Source: an uncultured bacterium
GTDB taxonomy: Bacteria > Chloroflexota > UBA5177 > JANWHV01
NCBI GenBank assembly: GCA_963827235.1
Contig: CAWHAE010000008.1
Span: 288,001 to 352,000 of the forward strand
Reading direction: 5' to 3'
Length of the DNA: 64,000 nucleotides
In this document: positions 51,964-61,500 of the stretch, piece after piece
Layout: each line of letters begins with the position of its first letter
Numbering within the stretch: the first letter of the stretch is position 1
Translations under genes and position numbers: made by a program
Notes under the pieces: model-generated
Told to the model about the DNA's origin: nothing
The model's database searches: none
What the model saw: the letters and a program-made list of their open reading frames with translations, nothing else

Positions 51964-52779
51964 CTACGTGCGGGCGGTATCCCGCAGGAGGATCGCCGCT
52001 GCTAGCGCCCCGGTGGCAGTGCAAGCCAGGTTCACGACGTCGTTGGTGCACCAGGATCGACCGGAGACGAGAACGGTAGGTGTGCCGCAGGCATGCGTCT
52101 TTCGCTCGGTGAGCGTGCCGCAGGTAGGACACCGGTATGCCGCCTGAATCGTCGCTCCCACCATACTGTCGGCGAGCGATCCTGCGATGCCTCCCACCGA
52201 CACGGCGAGAAAGTGCCGTGCTCTGCCCCCCGAGCGCGCGACGGCCGCGGCCACGAGGGCGACGGTGGCGCTTCCACCGATCGAGGCGAGCAGGCCGCGC
52301 AGGCTGACGGCGCCGGAAGTGCCGGGCGGCGCTATTTCGCCCGTGTTGATCATACGGGGCGGCCTGCGGCTTGTCTTCCCGATCTCGGTTGCCCAGGTGT
52401 CGGCGTTGGCGGCGGCGAATGAGCCGGCGAAGGCACGTTCCACGCCCTGATTCGGCCGTACCGAATACAGTAGTGCGGCGGCAGCCGCGATCCCGCCGTT
52501 GGCAAGCGCCTGTACGATGTCGCGCTCCGAGCCTCGTGCCTCGATAGGGGTGCTGTCGCCTCGCGAGCGCTGTGGCGCGCGGCGTTGGGAAAGAAAGCTG
52601 GAGCTACCGAAGAACGTGAACAGCACGGCTGCCCATCCAGCGCCACCACCGTAAAACACGGGACAGCCAACGATCACGGCGCCGGCCACGCCGGACGGCG
52701 CTAAAGCGCGCCGCCGCTGTCCGGCCGCGCCCGCCATGGCGCTGAGGGTCAGGGACAGGAGTAACCGGGCGCGCTTCAT
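51964..52779 (-). CDS. DUF92 (TMEM19/VTE6) family membrane protein with CxxC...C insert
   Basis: FFGSSSFLS, RDIVQALANG, AAANADTWATEIG, PGTSGAVS, DSMVGATIQ, YRCPTC, NDVVN. Confidence 0.9.
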   Translation of the reverse strand: MKRARLLLSLTLSAMAGAAGQRRRALAPSGVAGAVIVGCPVFYGGGAGWAAVLFTFFGSSSFLSQRRAPQRSRGDSTPIEARGSERDIVQALANGGIAAAAALLYSVRPNQGVERAFAGSFAAANADTWATEIGKTSRRPPRMINTGEIAPPGTSGAVSLRGLLASIGGSATVALVAAAVARSGGRARHFLAVSVGGIAGSLADSMVGATIQAAYRCPTCGTLTERKTHACGTPTVLVSGRSWCTNDVVNLACTATGALAAAILLRDTART

Positions 52780-52786
52780 GGCACTT

Positions 52787-53857
52787 CTATGCCGACCGCC
52801 CCACGAAGGATCGTGCGAACTCGCGTACGTCCTCGCGCCAAGCAGTGTTTAGCGGTAGCGTATCGAGGCTCTTCATGGCGGCCAGCCAGTGTTGATCCTC
52901 TCGCGCCAGAACCGTCTGCCGCGCGCCTGCCGCGCCAAGCAGATCGCGAATCCGCACCTCGTCACCCTCGGCATGCTGCTGCGCGTAGCAAGCTTCCAGC
53001 TCCGCGCGGATGGGTGGCGGGGCCGTCTCGAGCGCGACAATTATCGGTAAGGTCATCTTGCGGGTGGCGATATCGGTTGATGAGCTCTTGCCGGTCTCGG
53101 TCTCATCTCCCCAGATGCCGAGAATATCGTCGCGGATCTGGAAGGCGATGCCGAGGTCGGCCCCGAAGGCGCGGGAGACCTCTCGCAGGGGAGCTGGGAC
53201 ATTCGCAGCGCGGGCGCCAAGCCAAGCAGCCTCGCCGATCAGGCCGGCCGTCTTCCGGCCAATCATCTTCAAGTAGCTGCTCGAACTCATGTCGAGACGG
53301 CGCTCGGCCTGCATGTCCAGAAACTGGCCTTCGCACAGGCGGAGAATGGTGGACTCCGCTGAGCGAAGCGCGGCGATGAATGTGGCTGGGTCATTCTCGG
53401 CCATGGGGGATCGCAGCCATGCGAGATGCGCCAGCGAGAGCAGTCCGTCGCCTGCGTTGATTGCCTGCGGCTCGCCCCATATAGACCACACGGTAGGTCG
53501 GTTGCGCCGGCGTTCGCTGCGGTCCTCGATGTCATCATGAATCAGGCTGAAGTTGTGCAGCAGCTCCAACCCGGCGGCGAAGTGAACCAGGTTCTTGGCT
53601 TGCGCGCCCAGACCTTCGCCCAGCAGCATGCACAGGCTGGGACGTAAGCTCTTGCCCATCCGGGCCTCGCGAGGCGCGAAGTCCCTGTCGACCCAGCCCA
53701 AGTGATAGGACATCATGCCGTAGAAAGGCTCGAGGCCGGAACCTGGGCGCAGCATATCCTGCATCACGGCGCGTACCAGGTCGTTGTAGGTGCTCAGCTT
53801 CTCCGCGAGGGAGAGAAACGCACTACCCTGAGCGGCTGGCTGGCTCGAAATGGACAT
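52787..53857 (-). CDS. trans-Polyprenyl diphosphate synthase (GGPP synthase-like)
   Basis: GKSLRP, HNFSLIHDDIEDRSERRR, AINAGD, EGQFLD, KTAGL, AFQIRDDILG. Confidence 0.92.
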   Translation of the reverse strand: MSISSQPAAQGSAFLSLAEKLSTYNDLVRAVMQDMLRPGSGLEPFYGMMSYHLGWVDRDFAPREARMGKSLRPSLCMLLGEGLGAQAKNLVHFAAGLELLHNFSLIHDDIEDRSERRRNRPTVWSIWGEPQAINAGDGLLSLAHLAWLRSPMAENDPATFIAALRSAESTILRLCEGQFLDMQAERRLDMSSSSYLKMIGRKTAGLIGEAAWLGARAANVPAPLREVSRAFGADLGIAFQIRDDILGIWGDETETGKSSSTDIATRKMTLPIIVALETAPPPIRAELEACYAQQHAEGDEVRIRDLLGAAGARQTVLAREDQHWLAAMKSLDTLPLNTAWREDVREFARSFVGRSA

Positions 53858-53934
53858 CGAAGACAGTCTCCGTTCTGGCCTCGGGCGCTCGGCAAGCCGC
53901 CATACCTGCCGGACCGGGCGTCGAAATGTTCGTG

Positions 53935-53943
53935 TGTTATACT
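53935..53943 (+). promoter_or_regulatory. Putative extended -10 promoter of rpsO-pnp
   Basis: TGtTATACT about 50 nt upstream of rpsO. Confidence 0.5.
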
Positions 53944-53991
53944 ACCAGAGATTAAGACGAGAATTACACCCACCAAGGAGCAGTCGATCGG

Positions 53992-54255
53992 ATGGACAGC
54001 CAGACCAAAACAGCCTTGATCGCGCAATATGCCACGGGTTCGGGCGATACCGGCTCGCCCGAGGTGCAGTGTGCGCTCTTGACGCAGCGCATCAACGAGC
54101 TGCGAGAGCATTTCAAGGTCCACAAACACGACCACCATTCCCGGCGCGGTCTGTTGATGATGGTGGGACAAAGGAAGCGTTTGCTTTCCTACCTGGCGGA
54201 GCGGGATGTTGAGCGGTATCGCTCCTTGCTGTCTCGGCTCGGTCTGCGCAAGTAG
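53992..54255 (+). CDS. rpsO: 30S ribosomal protein S15
   Basis: [35 protein letters not shown]. Confidence 0.98.
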   Translation: MDSQTKTALIAQYATGSGDTGSPEVQCALLTQRINELREHFKVHKHDHHSRRGLLMMVGQRKRLLSYLAERDVERYRSLLSRLGLRK

Positions 54256-54284
54256 CCGGAGACGCGCATATTCATGGAGGAGCG

Positions 54285-56523
54285 ATGAGTTATCGCGACG
54301 AGGTTGAGGTCAGCGGTAAGACACTGTCCCTGGAGACAGGCCTGCTGGCCGGCCTGGCCGACGGCGCCGTTGTGGTGCGCTGCGGCGAAACTGTGGTACT
54401 GGCGACGGCGGTAGCCAGCCAGACGCCCCGAGAGGGCGTGGACTTTTTCCCACTCACTATCGACTACGAGGAGAAGCTGTACTCAGCCGGGAAGATTCCC
54501 GGCGGTTTCATCAAGCGCGAGGGCCGGCCGAGCGAGCACGCGATCCTCTCCGCGCGGCTGACCGATAGGCCCCTGCGGCCATTGTTTCCCAAGGGTTTCC
54601 GCAACGATGTCCAGGTGGTCGTCACGGTGCTGTCCACGGACCAGGAGAACGACCCGGATGTGCTCGGAGTTTGCGGCGCCTCGTGCGCCCTGGCCATCTC
54701 GAGCATCCCGTTCAACGGTCCGATCGCCGCAGTGCGCGTCGGCTACGTCAACGATACGTTCATCATCAATCCGACCGAGAGCGAACTGCAGTACAGCGAC
54801 CTGGATCTCGTGGTCGCGGGCACTCGCGATGCGGTCATGATGGTTGAGGGTGGCGCTCAGGAGCTACCGGAAAGCCTCGTGCTCGAGGGCATCCGTCAAG
54901 GGCACCAGGCTCTGCAGCCCATCATCGAGATGCAGGCACGAATGGCCGCGGCGGTGGGCAAGGCCAAGCGTGAAGTACCGGTCTACGTTCTGCCCGAGGA
55001 GCTAAAGGCGGAGGTCGGCGAGGTGGTGCGCGGCAGGCTCGCGGACGCCGCTTACCAGGAACGCAAGGAAGAGCGTGAGGCCGCGATTGAGGCGGTGAAG
55101 GCGGCCGCTGCAGAGCATTTCGCGGAGCGAATCGCGGCCGGCACAGTCTCCGACAAGCAGGTAGGCGAGGCGTTCCAGGGCGAGCTCAAGGCGCTGATGC
55201 GGCGCCGCATTCTCGACGAAGGCGTGCGGCCCGATCTGCGCGACCTTACCACAATTCGACCCATATCGTGTGGCGTTGGTCTGCTGCCCAGAACCCATGG
55301 CAGCGGCCTGTTCACGCGCGGCCAGACGCAGGTGCTGAGCATCTGCACCCTCGGCTCCGGCACCGACGAGCAGATGATCGACGATATCACGCCGCAATCC
55401 AAGAAGCGCTTTATGCACCAGTACAACTTTCCGCCCTTCAGCACAGGCGAGGCTCGGCCGCTTGCGCGGCCCAGGCCGCCGGGAGATCGGGCACGGAGCT
55501 CTGGCGGAGCGGTCGATTGCCGCTGTTGTCCCTGCCGAGGAGGACTTTCCGTACGTTATTCGCGTGGTGTCCGAGGTGTTGAGCTCGAACGGATCCTCGT
55601 CCATGGCATCGGTCTGCGGAACGACGCTGGCGTTGATGGACGCGGGCGTTCCCATCAGCGCGCCGGTGGCCGGGGTTGCCATGGGGCTGATCACGGGTGA
55701 CGACGGCAAATACGCAGTGCTGACCGATATCCAGGGCATGGAAGACTTCCTTGGCGATATGGACTTCAAGGTGGCTGGCACCGCGGACGGCGTCACTGGC
55801 ATCCAGATGGACATCAAGGTCAAGGGCATCACGTTCGAGATCATGCAACGTGCGCTCGAGCAGGCGCACAAGGCCCGTCTTTTCATTCTGGACAAGATGC
55901 TGGAAGTGATGCCTGAGCCGCGCGAGGAGCTGTCACCGTACGCGCCGCGCATCCTGAAGATTCAGATCAACCCGGAGAAGATCGGCGCCTTGATCGGCCC
56001 GGGCGGCAAGGTGATCCGCAAGATCCAGGAAGAATGCCAGGTTAGTATCGAGGTCCAGGACGACGGTACGGTGCTGGTGGCCACGAACAACGGTGCGAAC
56101 GCCGAGAAGGCCGTGAACCAGATCAAGTCAATCACCATGGATCTGGAGGTCGGTCAGGTCTACGATGGCGTGGTGAAACGGGTGATCGGGATTGGCGCCT
56201 TTGTCGAGGTGCTTCCCGGGAAGGAGGGCTTGGTCCACATCTCACAGCTCTCGGCACAGCGTGTCGAGCAGGTCGAGGATGTGGTCAAGGTCGGCGATAA
56301 GCTCACCGTGAAAGTGGTGGAGATCGACAGCCAGGGACGTGTGAACCTGTCGCATAAGGCTACACTTCCCGGCTACGAGGATCTGCAGGTGCCGCCACGC
56401 GGTGAGCGGCGCCCGTCCGGAGGCTTCAACGGCGATCGCAGGAGTGGTCCAGGCGGCCGCGGCGGCCCGGAGCGCGGTGGGTTCGATCGTGGGGGGCCAG
56501 CACGTGACAGACCCCGTTACTAG
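54285..56523 (+). CDS. pnp: Polyribonucleotide nucleotidyltransferase, apparent 1-nt insertion near 55461
   Basis: [40 protein letters not shown] then other frame [27 protein letters not shown] and S1 domains. Confidence 0.95.
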
Positions 56524-56635
56524 GAGAGCACCGTCGCTTTGACATAACGTTCAGCCGGCCCCGGCAATCGTCAGGTTGCACGGGGTCGCCTGATTTCGCG
56601 GAGGGCGGCCGCCAGTTGTGGGCGCGGAGGGCTAC

Positions 56636-57304
56636 GTGAGCGAGAGGCAGCAGCAGCTTGACATATTGGATGGGGAAGTGCGTGCGTGCCAGAAGTGCCC
56701 CCTGTGCCGCACTCGCACCAAGGCTGTGCCCGGCGAAGGTCCGGTCGACGCGGAGATCCTCTTCGTGGGCGAGGGACCAGGCTTCCACGAGGACCGGCAG
56801 GGCAGGCCGTTCGTAGGCCCGGCCGGCCGCTTCCTGGAAGAGCTGATCAACAGCGTGGGCCTGCAGCGAGACCGGGTCTACATCACGAACGTGGTCAAGT
56901 GTCGCCCTCCTGAGAACCGCGACCCTGCGCCCGCCGAGATAGCCGCCTGCGCATCCTATCTGGACCGGCAGCTTGCAATTATCAGCCCCAAGATCGTGGT
57001 CACGCTGGGCCGCTATTCCATGGCGCGCCACTTCTCGGGCCAGTCGATAACGCGCATCCACGGCCAGCCCAAGCGAGAGAACGGCGTGATCATCTTTCCC
57101 CTGTTCCACCCGGCAGCCGGGTTGCGGAGCCCGGACGTGGCTGAGATGACCAGGCAGGATGTGAGGCGCATTCCGGCGCTGCTTGAGGAGGCTCGTAGCG
57201 GCCGCGAGCAGGCTGCCGCCGGCGCACTGCGCCTGGCGCCGGCACCTGCTGCCCCGCCGCCGGCGACGGACGAATCCGGGCCGACACAGCTGTCACTGTT
57301 TTGA
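56636..57304 (+). CDS. Uracil-DNA glycosylase family 4
   Basis: CQKCPL, VGEGPGFHED, RPFVGPAG, NVVKCRPPENRDP, FHPAA. Confidence 0.93.
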   Translation: MSERQQQLDILDGEVRACQKCPLCRTRTKAVPGEGPVDAEILFVGEGPGFHEDRQGRPFVGPAGRFLEELINSVGLQRDRVYITNVVKCRPPENRDPAPAEIAACASYLDRQLAIISPKIVVTLGRYSMARHFSGQSITRIHGQPKRENGVIIFPLFHPAAGLRSPDVAEMTRQDVRRIPALLEEARSGREQAAAGALRLAPAPAAPPPATDESGPTQLSLF

Positions 57305-57362
57305 ACTCCACGCCTGCCGACCTGCTACCGCGATGAGTGATCGATCGATCGCTGGAGGCGAT

Positions 57363-59030
57363 GTGCGCCTGCGCCATGGTCCACGTCTGCGCGTGATCCC
57401 TCTGGGCGGCATCGAAGAGGTCGGCAAGAACATGATGGTCTTCGAGTTCGGAGACGACATCGTGGTGGTCGACGCCGGCCTCATGTTCCCGGACGACTCC
57501 ATGTACGGCATCGATCTGGTCATTCAGGACGTGAGCTATCTCGAGGAGCGCCGCGACCGCGTACGTGGCTACATCATCTCACACGGTCATGAAGATCACA
57601 CCGGCGCCCTGCCGTATGTATTGCCGAGGGTTCCGGCACCGGTCTATGCGGCGCCCCTGACACGTGCACTTATCGAGGTGAAGCTGCGTGAGCACAAGCT
57701 GGCCGACAAGGTAGAGCTGGTCACCGTCGTGCCGGGGACCGTACTCTCGCTGGGTAGCTTCTCGGTCGAGCTGTTTCACCAGTGTCACAGCATTCCGGAC
57801 GCGCTTGGTGTGGCCCTTCATACACCGATCGGCACCGTGGTGCACACGGGCGACTTCAAATTCGACCAGCGGCCGGTCAACGGCGTGCCGCCCGACTACG
57901 GTACGCTGGCCAGGTTGGGCACTTCGGGTGTGCTGGCCCTCTTCTCCGACAGCACGCGTGCCGACACGCCGGGATTCACGCCTTCCGAGACCGTGGTGTC
58001 GGAGGGCATGCGACGGGTGTTCTCGCGCGCCAGGGGTAGAATCATCGTGGCGACGTTCGCCAGCCTGGTGGCACGCGTGCAGCAGGTGGTAGACGCTGCC
58101 GTGGAAACTGATCGCCGGGTGGCGATCATCGGCCGCAGCATGGTGAACAACGTCAGCCGCTCGATTGAGCTCGGCTATTTGCGGGTGCCACCCGGGGTGT
58201 TGGCCCGCCTGGACGAGATTGACAGTATTCCGCACCACCGGCTGGCCGTGGTGACTACCGGCAGCCAGGGCGAACCGACGAGTGCTCTCACGAGAATGGC
58301 GTTCGGCGACCAGAAGCACATGACCATCGTGCCTGGCGACACGGTGATTCTCTCTGCCACTCCGGTGCCCGGAAATGAGGAGTCGGTCGCCCGCAACGTG
58401 AACAACCTGTTCAAGCTGGGGGCAAACGTCGTCTACGAGCCGTTCGAGCAGGTGCATGTTACGGGACACGGCTCGGCAGAGGATCTGAAGCTGATGATGG
58501 GCCTGCTGAAGCCGCGCTATCTCGTCCCTATCCATGGGGAGTACAGGCACCTGGTGATGCACAAGCAGCTCGCCCTGCAAATGGGCATCCCGGAGGAGCG
58601 CGTGATCATTGCCGAGAACGGCGCCGTGCTGGAGACGGACGGCGTGCATCTGCTGCGCTCCGGAACCGTGCCGGCCGGCAAGGTGTACGTCGACGGCCTG
58701 GGCGTGGGCGACATCGGCGACGTCGTGCTCCGCGACCGCCAGGTGCTGGCGCGCGACGGTATGGTCGTGGTGATCGTGATGGTGGATCGGCAGACTCGCA
58801 GGCCGGTAGCGGATCCCGATCTGGTGACCAGAGGCTTCGTTCACCTCAACAATGCGGACGGCCTCATTGAAATGGCGCGCGAGGTTGTGTACGATGCCTT
58901 GGACGCCCACCTCGATCAGACGGCGGAGTGGACGTATGTGCAGTCGAAGATTCAGGAAACCCTCAAGAAGTTCCTCTACTCCAAGACGAAGCGCCGGCCG
59001 ATGATCATACCGGTGGTGATGGAGGTTTGA
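57363..59030 (+). CDS. rnj: Ribonuclease J
   Basis: IPLGGIEEVGKNM, SHGHEDH, HSIPD, HTGDFKFD, TGSQGEP, HVTGH, PIHGEYRH, RRPMIIP. Confidence 0.95.
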   Translation: MRLRHGPRLRVIPLGGIEEVGKNMMVFEFGDDIVVVDAGLMFPDDSMYGIDLVIQDVSYLEERRDRVRGYIISHGHEDHTGALPYVLPRVPAPVYAAPLTRALIEVKLREHKLADKVELVTVVPGTVLSLGSFSVELFHQCHSIPDALGVALHTPIGTVVHTGDFKFDQRPVNGVPPDYGTLARLGTSGVLALFSDSTRADTPGFTPSETVVSEGMRRVFSRARGRIIVATFASLVARVQQVVDAAVETDRRVAIIGRSMVNNVSRSIELGYLRVPPGVLARLDEIDSIPHHRLAVVTTGSQGEPTSALTRMAFGDQKHMTIVPGDTVILSATPVPGNEESVARNVNNLFKLGANVVYEPFEQVHVTGHGSAEDLKLMMGLLKPRYLVPIHGEYRHLVMHKQLALQMGIPEERVIIAENGAVLETDGVHLLRSGTVPAGKVYVDGLGVGDIGDVVLRDRQVLARDGMVVVIVMVDRQTRRPVADPDLVTRGFVHLNNADGLIEMAREVVYDALDAHLDQTAEWTYVQSKIQETLKKFLYSKTKRRPMIIPVVMEV

Positions 59031-59052
59031 GGGCCCGGAAAAGCGAGATCTG

Positions 59053-61377
59053 ATGGCAGTCCGCAAGCCCGTTCCGCAGGGCCGCCAGGGTAGCCGCGGA
59101 TCGAGGGCGCTGACTCCTGCTGACAAGCCACAGCGCGCCAAGACGACGCGCGCGCGGGCGCACGAGATTGCGCCGGCGGAAGAGCGGCAGCCTCGCTTTA
59201 GCTCGTCTCAGCGAGACCGCTGGCGCGACGCAGCCAGATTGCTGGTAGTCAGCGCCGGGTTGGCAGTGGCGCTCATGGTGGCCAATCGAACAGCCGCGGG
59301 TCCGGCGGTGATCTCGGCTCTCGACTGGGCCGCGTACCTGCTGCCTCTGCTGTTCATTGCAGTTGGGCTCGATGTGTTGCGGCGATCGACCCGCGGGCGG
59401 CCTCTGCTCCATCTCGAGGAGGTCTGCGGGCTGCTGGCGCTCTTTGGCTCCGGTGTCGTTGCACTCGGTGGCGGTCACCACGCCGGGCCGCTGGGCAATG
59501 CCGCGGCGGAGAAGTTGCATGTGTGGTTCGGGCTGGGCGGGGTCCCGCTCACGTCGATCTCGCTGCTGGCTTGCGGCATGGTTCTGGCTTTCCATCTCAC
59601 CGGCCGTGGCGTGTGGCGTTGCCTAGTTCTGGGCTCCGATGGTGCGCGCGGACTGACCCGGCTCGTAGCGGGCGGCACGGGGCGGTTGGCGAGCCTCCGG
59701 TCGCACAGGCGCCACGTGCCTGCTCCTTCGCCTGTCGTGGAGCAGACCGCGAAGCGCGTGGCAAAGGTAAAGCCGGCACCGCCGGCCGCCCAGCCGCAGG
59801 TGGAGCTAATGGCCGATGATGCGGATCTCGAGCCACCGGCCGAGGCGTTGGCCCTGATGGTGCCGGATCTGGCGGGTGAAGACGAGGAGCAGAGCGACAC
59901 ACGCGGCGGCCTGGAGCCCGAGCCAGCCTGGGTCTACCCGCCGGTCTCGCTGCTGGACACCGTCGTACCGGACGACACCGCGTCACCAGCCGATAACGCC
60001 ATTCGCAGCCGGATCATCGAGGATACGCTCAACGCGTTCAGCGTGCGTGCCAGAGTAGTTGGCTCGCACACGGGTCCCGCGATCACTCAGTTCGACATCC
60101 AGCCCGAGCGTGGCACCCGGGTGCAACGCGTCACCGCCCTGCAGAACGACCTTGCCCTTGCGCTCGCAGCCCGCAGCATCCGTATTCAGGCACCGGTGCC
60201 GGGCATGAACGTGATCGGCATCGAGATACCGAATGCCAGGACGGCAAAAGTCACCCTGCGCGAGGTGCTGGAGTCGGATAACTGCGCGAAGATGAAGTCA
60301 CCGCTCAAGGTAGCGCTGGGCAAGGACGTGTCCGGCGGCGCCGTGATGGCCGACCTGGCGCGAATGCCGCACCTTCTCATCGCGGGCGCGACCGGCTCGG
60401 GCAAGAGCGTATGTCTGAACTCACTCATCACCTGTCTGCTTTTCCACAACAGCCCGGAGCGCCTCCGCTTCCTGATGGTCGATCCCAAGATGGTCGAGCT
60501 GTCTGTATTCAACGACATACCCCATCTGCTCGCGCCTGTAGTGACCGAGGCTACCAAGGTCACGGGCACGCTGAAGTGGGCGCTCAAGGAGATGCACAGG
60601 CGCTACAAGCTTTTTGCCAAACGCGGAGCGCGTAACATCTCGCGCTACAACGAGCTACAGTATGACCCCAAGGAAGTGCTGCCGTTCATCGTGATTATCA
60701 TCGACGAGTTGGCCGACCTGATGATGGTGGCGGCTGAGGATGTGGAGGACGCCATCTGCCGCCTCGCTCAGCTTGCACGGGCGACCGGGATGCACCTGGT
60801 GCTCGCCACGCAGCGACCGTCGGTAGACGTGATCACCGGCCTGATCAAGGCGAATTTTCCCGCGCGAATCGCCTTTGCTGTGAGCTCTCAAGTGGACTCG
60901 CGCACAATACTCGACCAAGCCGGAGCCGAGAAACTGCTGGGCAGAGGAGACATGCTGTACCTGCCCAGCGACGAAGGAAAGCCAATTCGCGTGCAGGGCG
61001 CCTATCTTTCCGATGCGGAGATCGAGGGCATCGTCGGCTTCTGGAAGTCGCATTCCTCGCGTCCGGTAGAGACTATCCCGGCTGTCGAGCTCGAGCCGCC
61101 GCCGAAGGCGGAGGAGCCCGATCCGGACGATGCCTTGCTGGACGACGCGGTGCGGATTCTACGCGAGTACCGGCGAGCCTCGGTTTCTTTACTGCAGCGT
61201 CGGCTGAGCATCGGCTATACGCGAGCCGCGCGACTGCTGGACGTGCTGGAGGATCGGGGCGTGGTGGGACCGTCCGAGGACGGTCGCTCGCGCGTCGTGC
61301 TGGACGTCGGCGGTCCGGACGTATCCGGGCCGGCGGCAGCCGAATCGCTCGAAGACGACGAGGCACCGCCGCTCTAG
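59053..61377 (+). CDS. ftsK: FtsK/SpoIIIE DNA translocase
   Basis: N-terminal TMs, PHLLIAGATGSGKS, DPKMVEL, IIDELADLM, ATQRPS, GAEKLLGRGDML, gamma domain LQRRLSIGYTRAARL. Confidence 0.95.
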   Translation: MAVRKPVPQGRQGSRGSRALTPADKPQRAKTTRARAHEIAPAEERQPRFSSSQRDRWRDAARLLVVSAGLAVALMVANRTAAGPAVISALDWAAYLLPLLFIAVGLDVLRRSTRGRPLLHLEEVCGLLALFGSGVVALGGGHHAGPLGNAAAEKLHVWFGLGGVPLTSISLLACGMVLAFHLTGRGVWRCLVLGSDGARGLTRLVAGGTGRLASLRSHRRHVPAPSPVVEQTAKRVAKVKPAPPAAQPQVELMADDADLEPPAEALALMVPDLAGEDEEQSDTRGGLEPEPAWVYPPVSLLDTVVPDDTASPADNAIRSRIIEDTLNAFSVRARVVGSHTGPAITQFDIQPERGTRVQRVTALQNDLALALAARSIRIQAPVPGMNVIGIEIPNARTAKVTLREVLESDNCAKMKSPLKVALGKDVSGGAVMADLARMPHLLIAGATGSGKSVCLNSLITCLLFHNSPERLRFLMVDPKMVELSVFNDIPHLLAPVVTEATKVTGTLKWALKEMHRRYKLFAKRGARNISRYNELQYDPKEVLPFIVIIIDELADLMMVAAEDVEDAICRLAQLARATGMHLVLATQRPSVDVITGLIKANFPARIAFAVSSQVDSRTILDQAGAEKLLGRGDMLYLPSDEGKPIRVQGAYLSDAEIEGIVGFWKSHSSRPVETIPAVELEPPPKAEEPDPDDALLDDAVRILREYRRASVSLLQRRLSIGYTRAARLLDVLEDRGVVGPSEDGRSRVVLDVGGPDVSGPAAAESLEDDEAPPL

Positions 61378-61500
61378 CCAGGACTGCCTGCCATCGCGGA
61401 GGTCGGGCGAGGGGGGTATAGAGGCGGGCCGCGGAAGCCCCAGCGCCGGCTCGCGTGAGTACCGGGCGGCTTCGGCGGCACGCCGGCGTTCGATGCTGGC

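Noticed and set aside
55440-55480. Programmed frameshift in pnp (or in the STAND gene at ~32494)
   Set aside because: No slippery heptamer; similar indels are scattered across unrelated genes, so sequencing error is more parsimonious.
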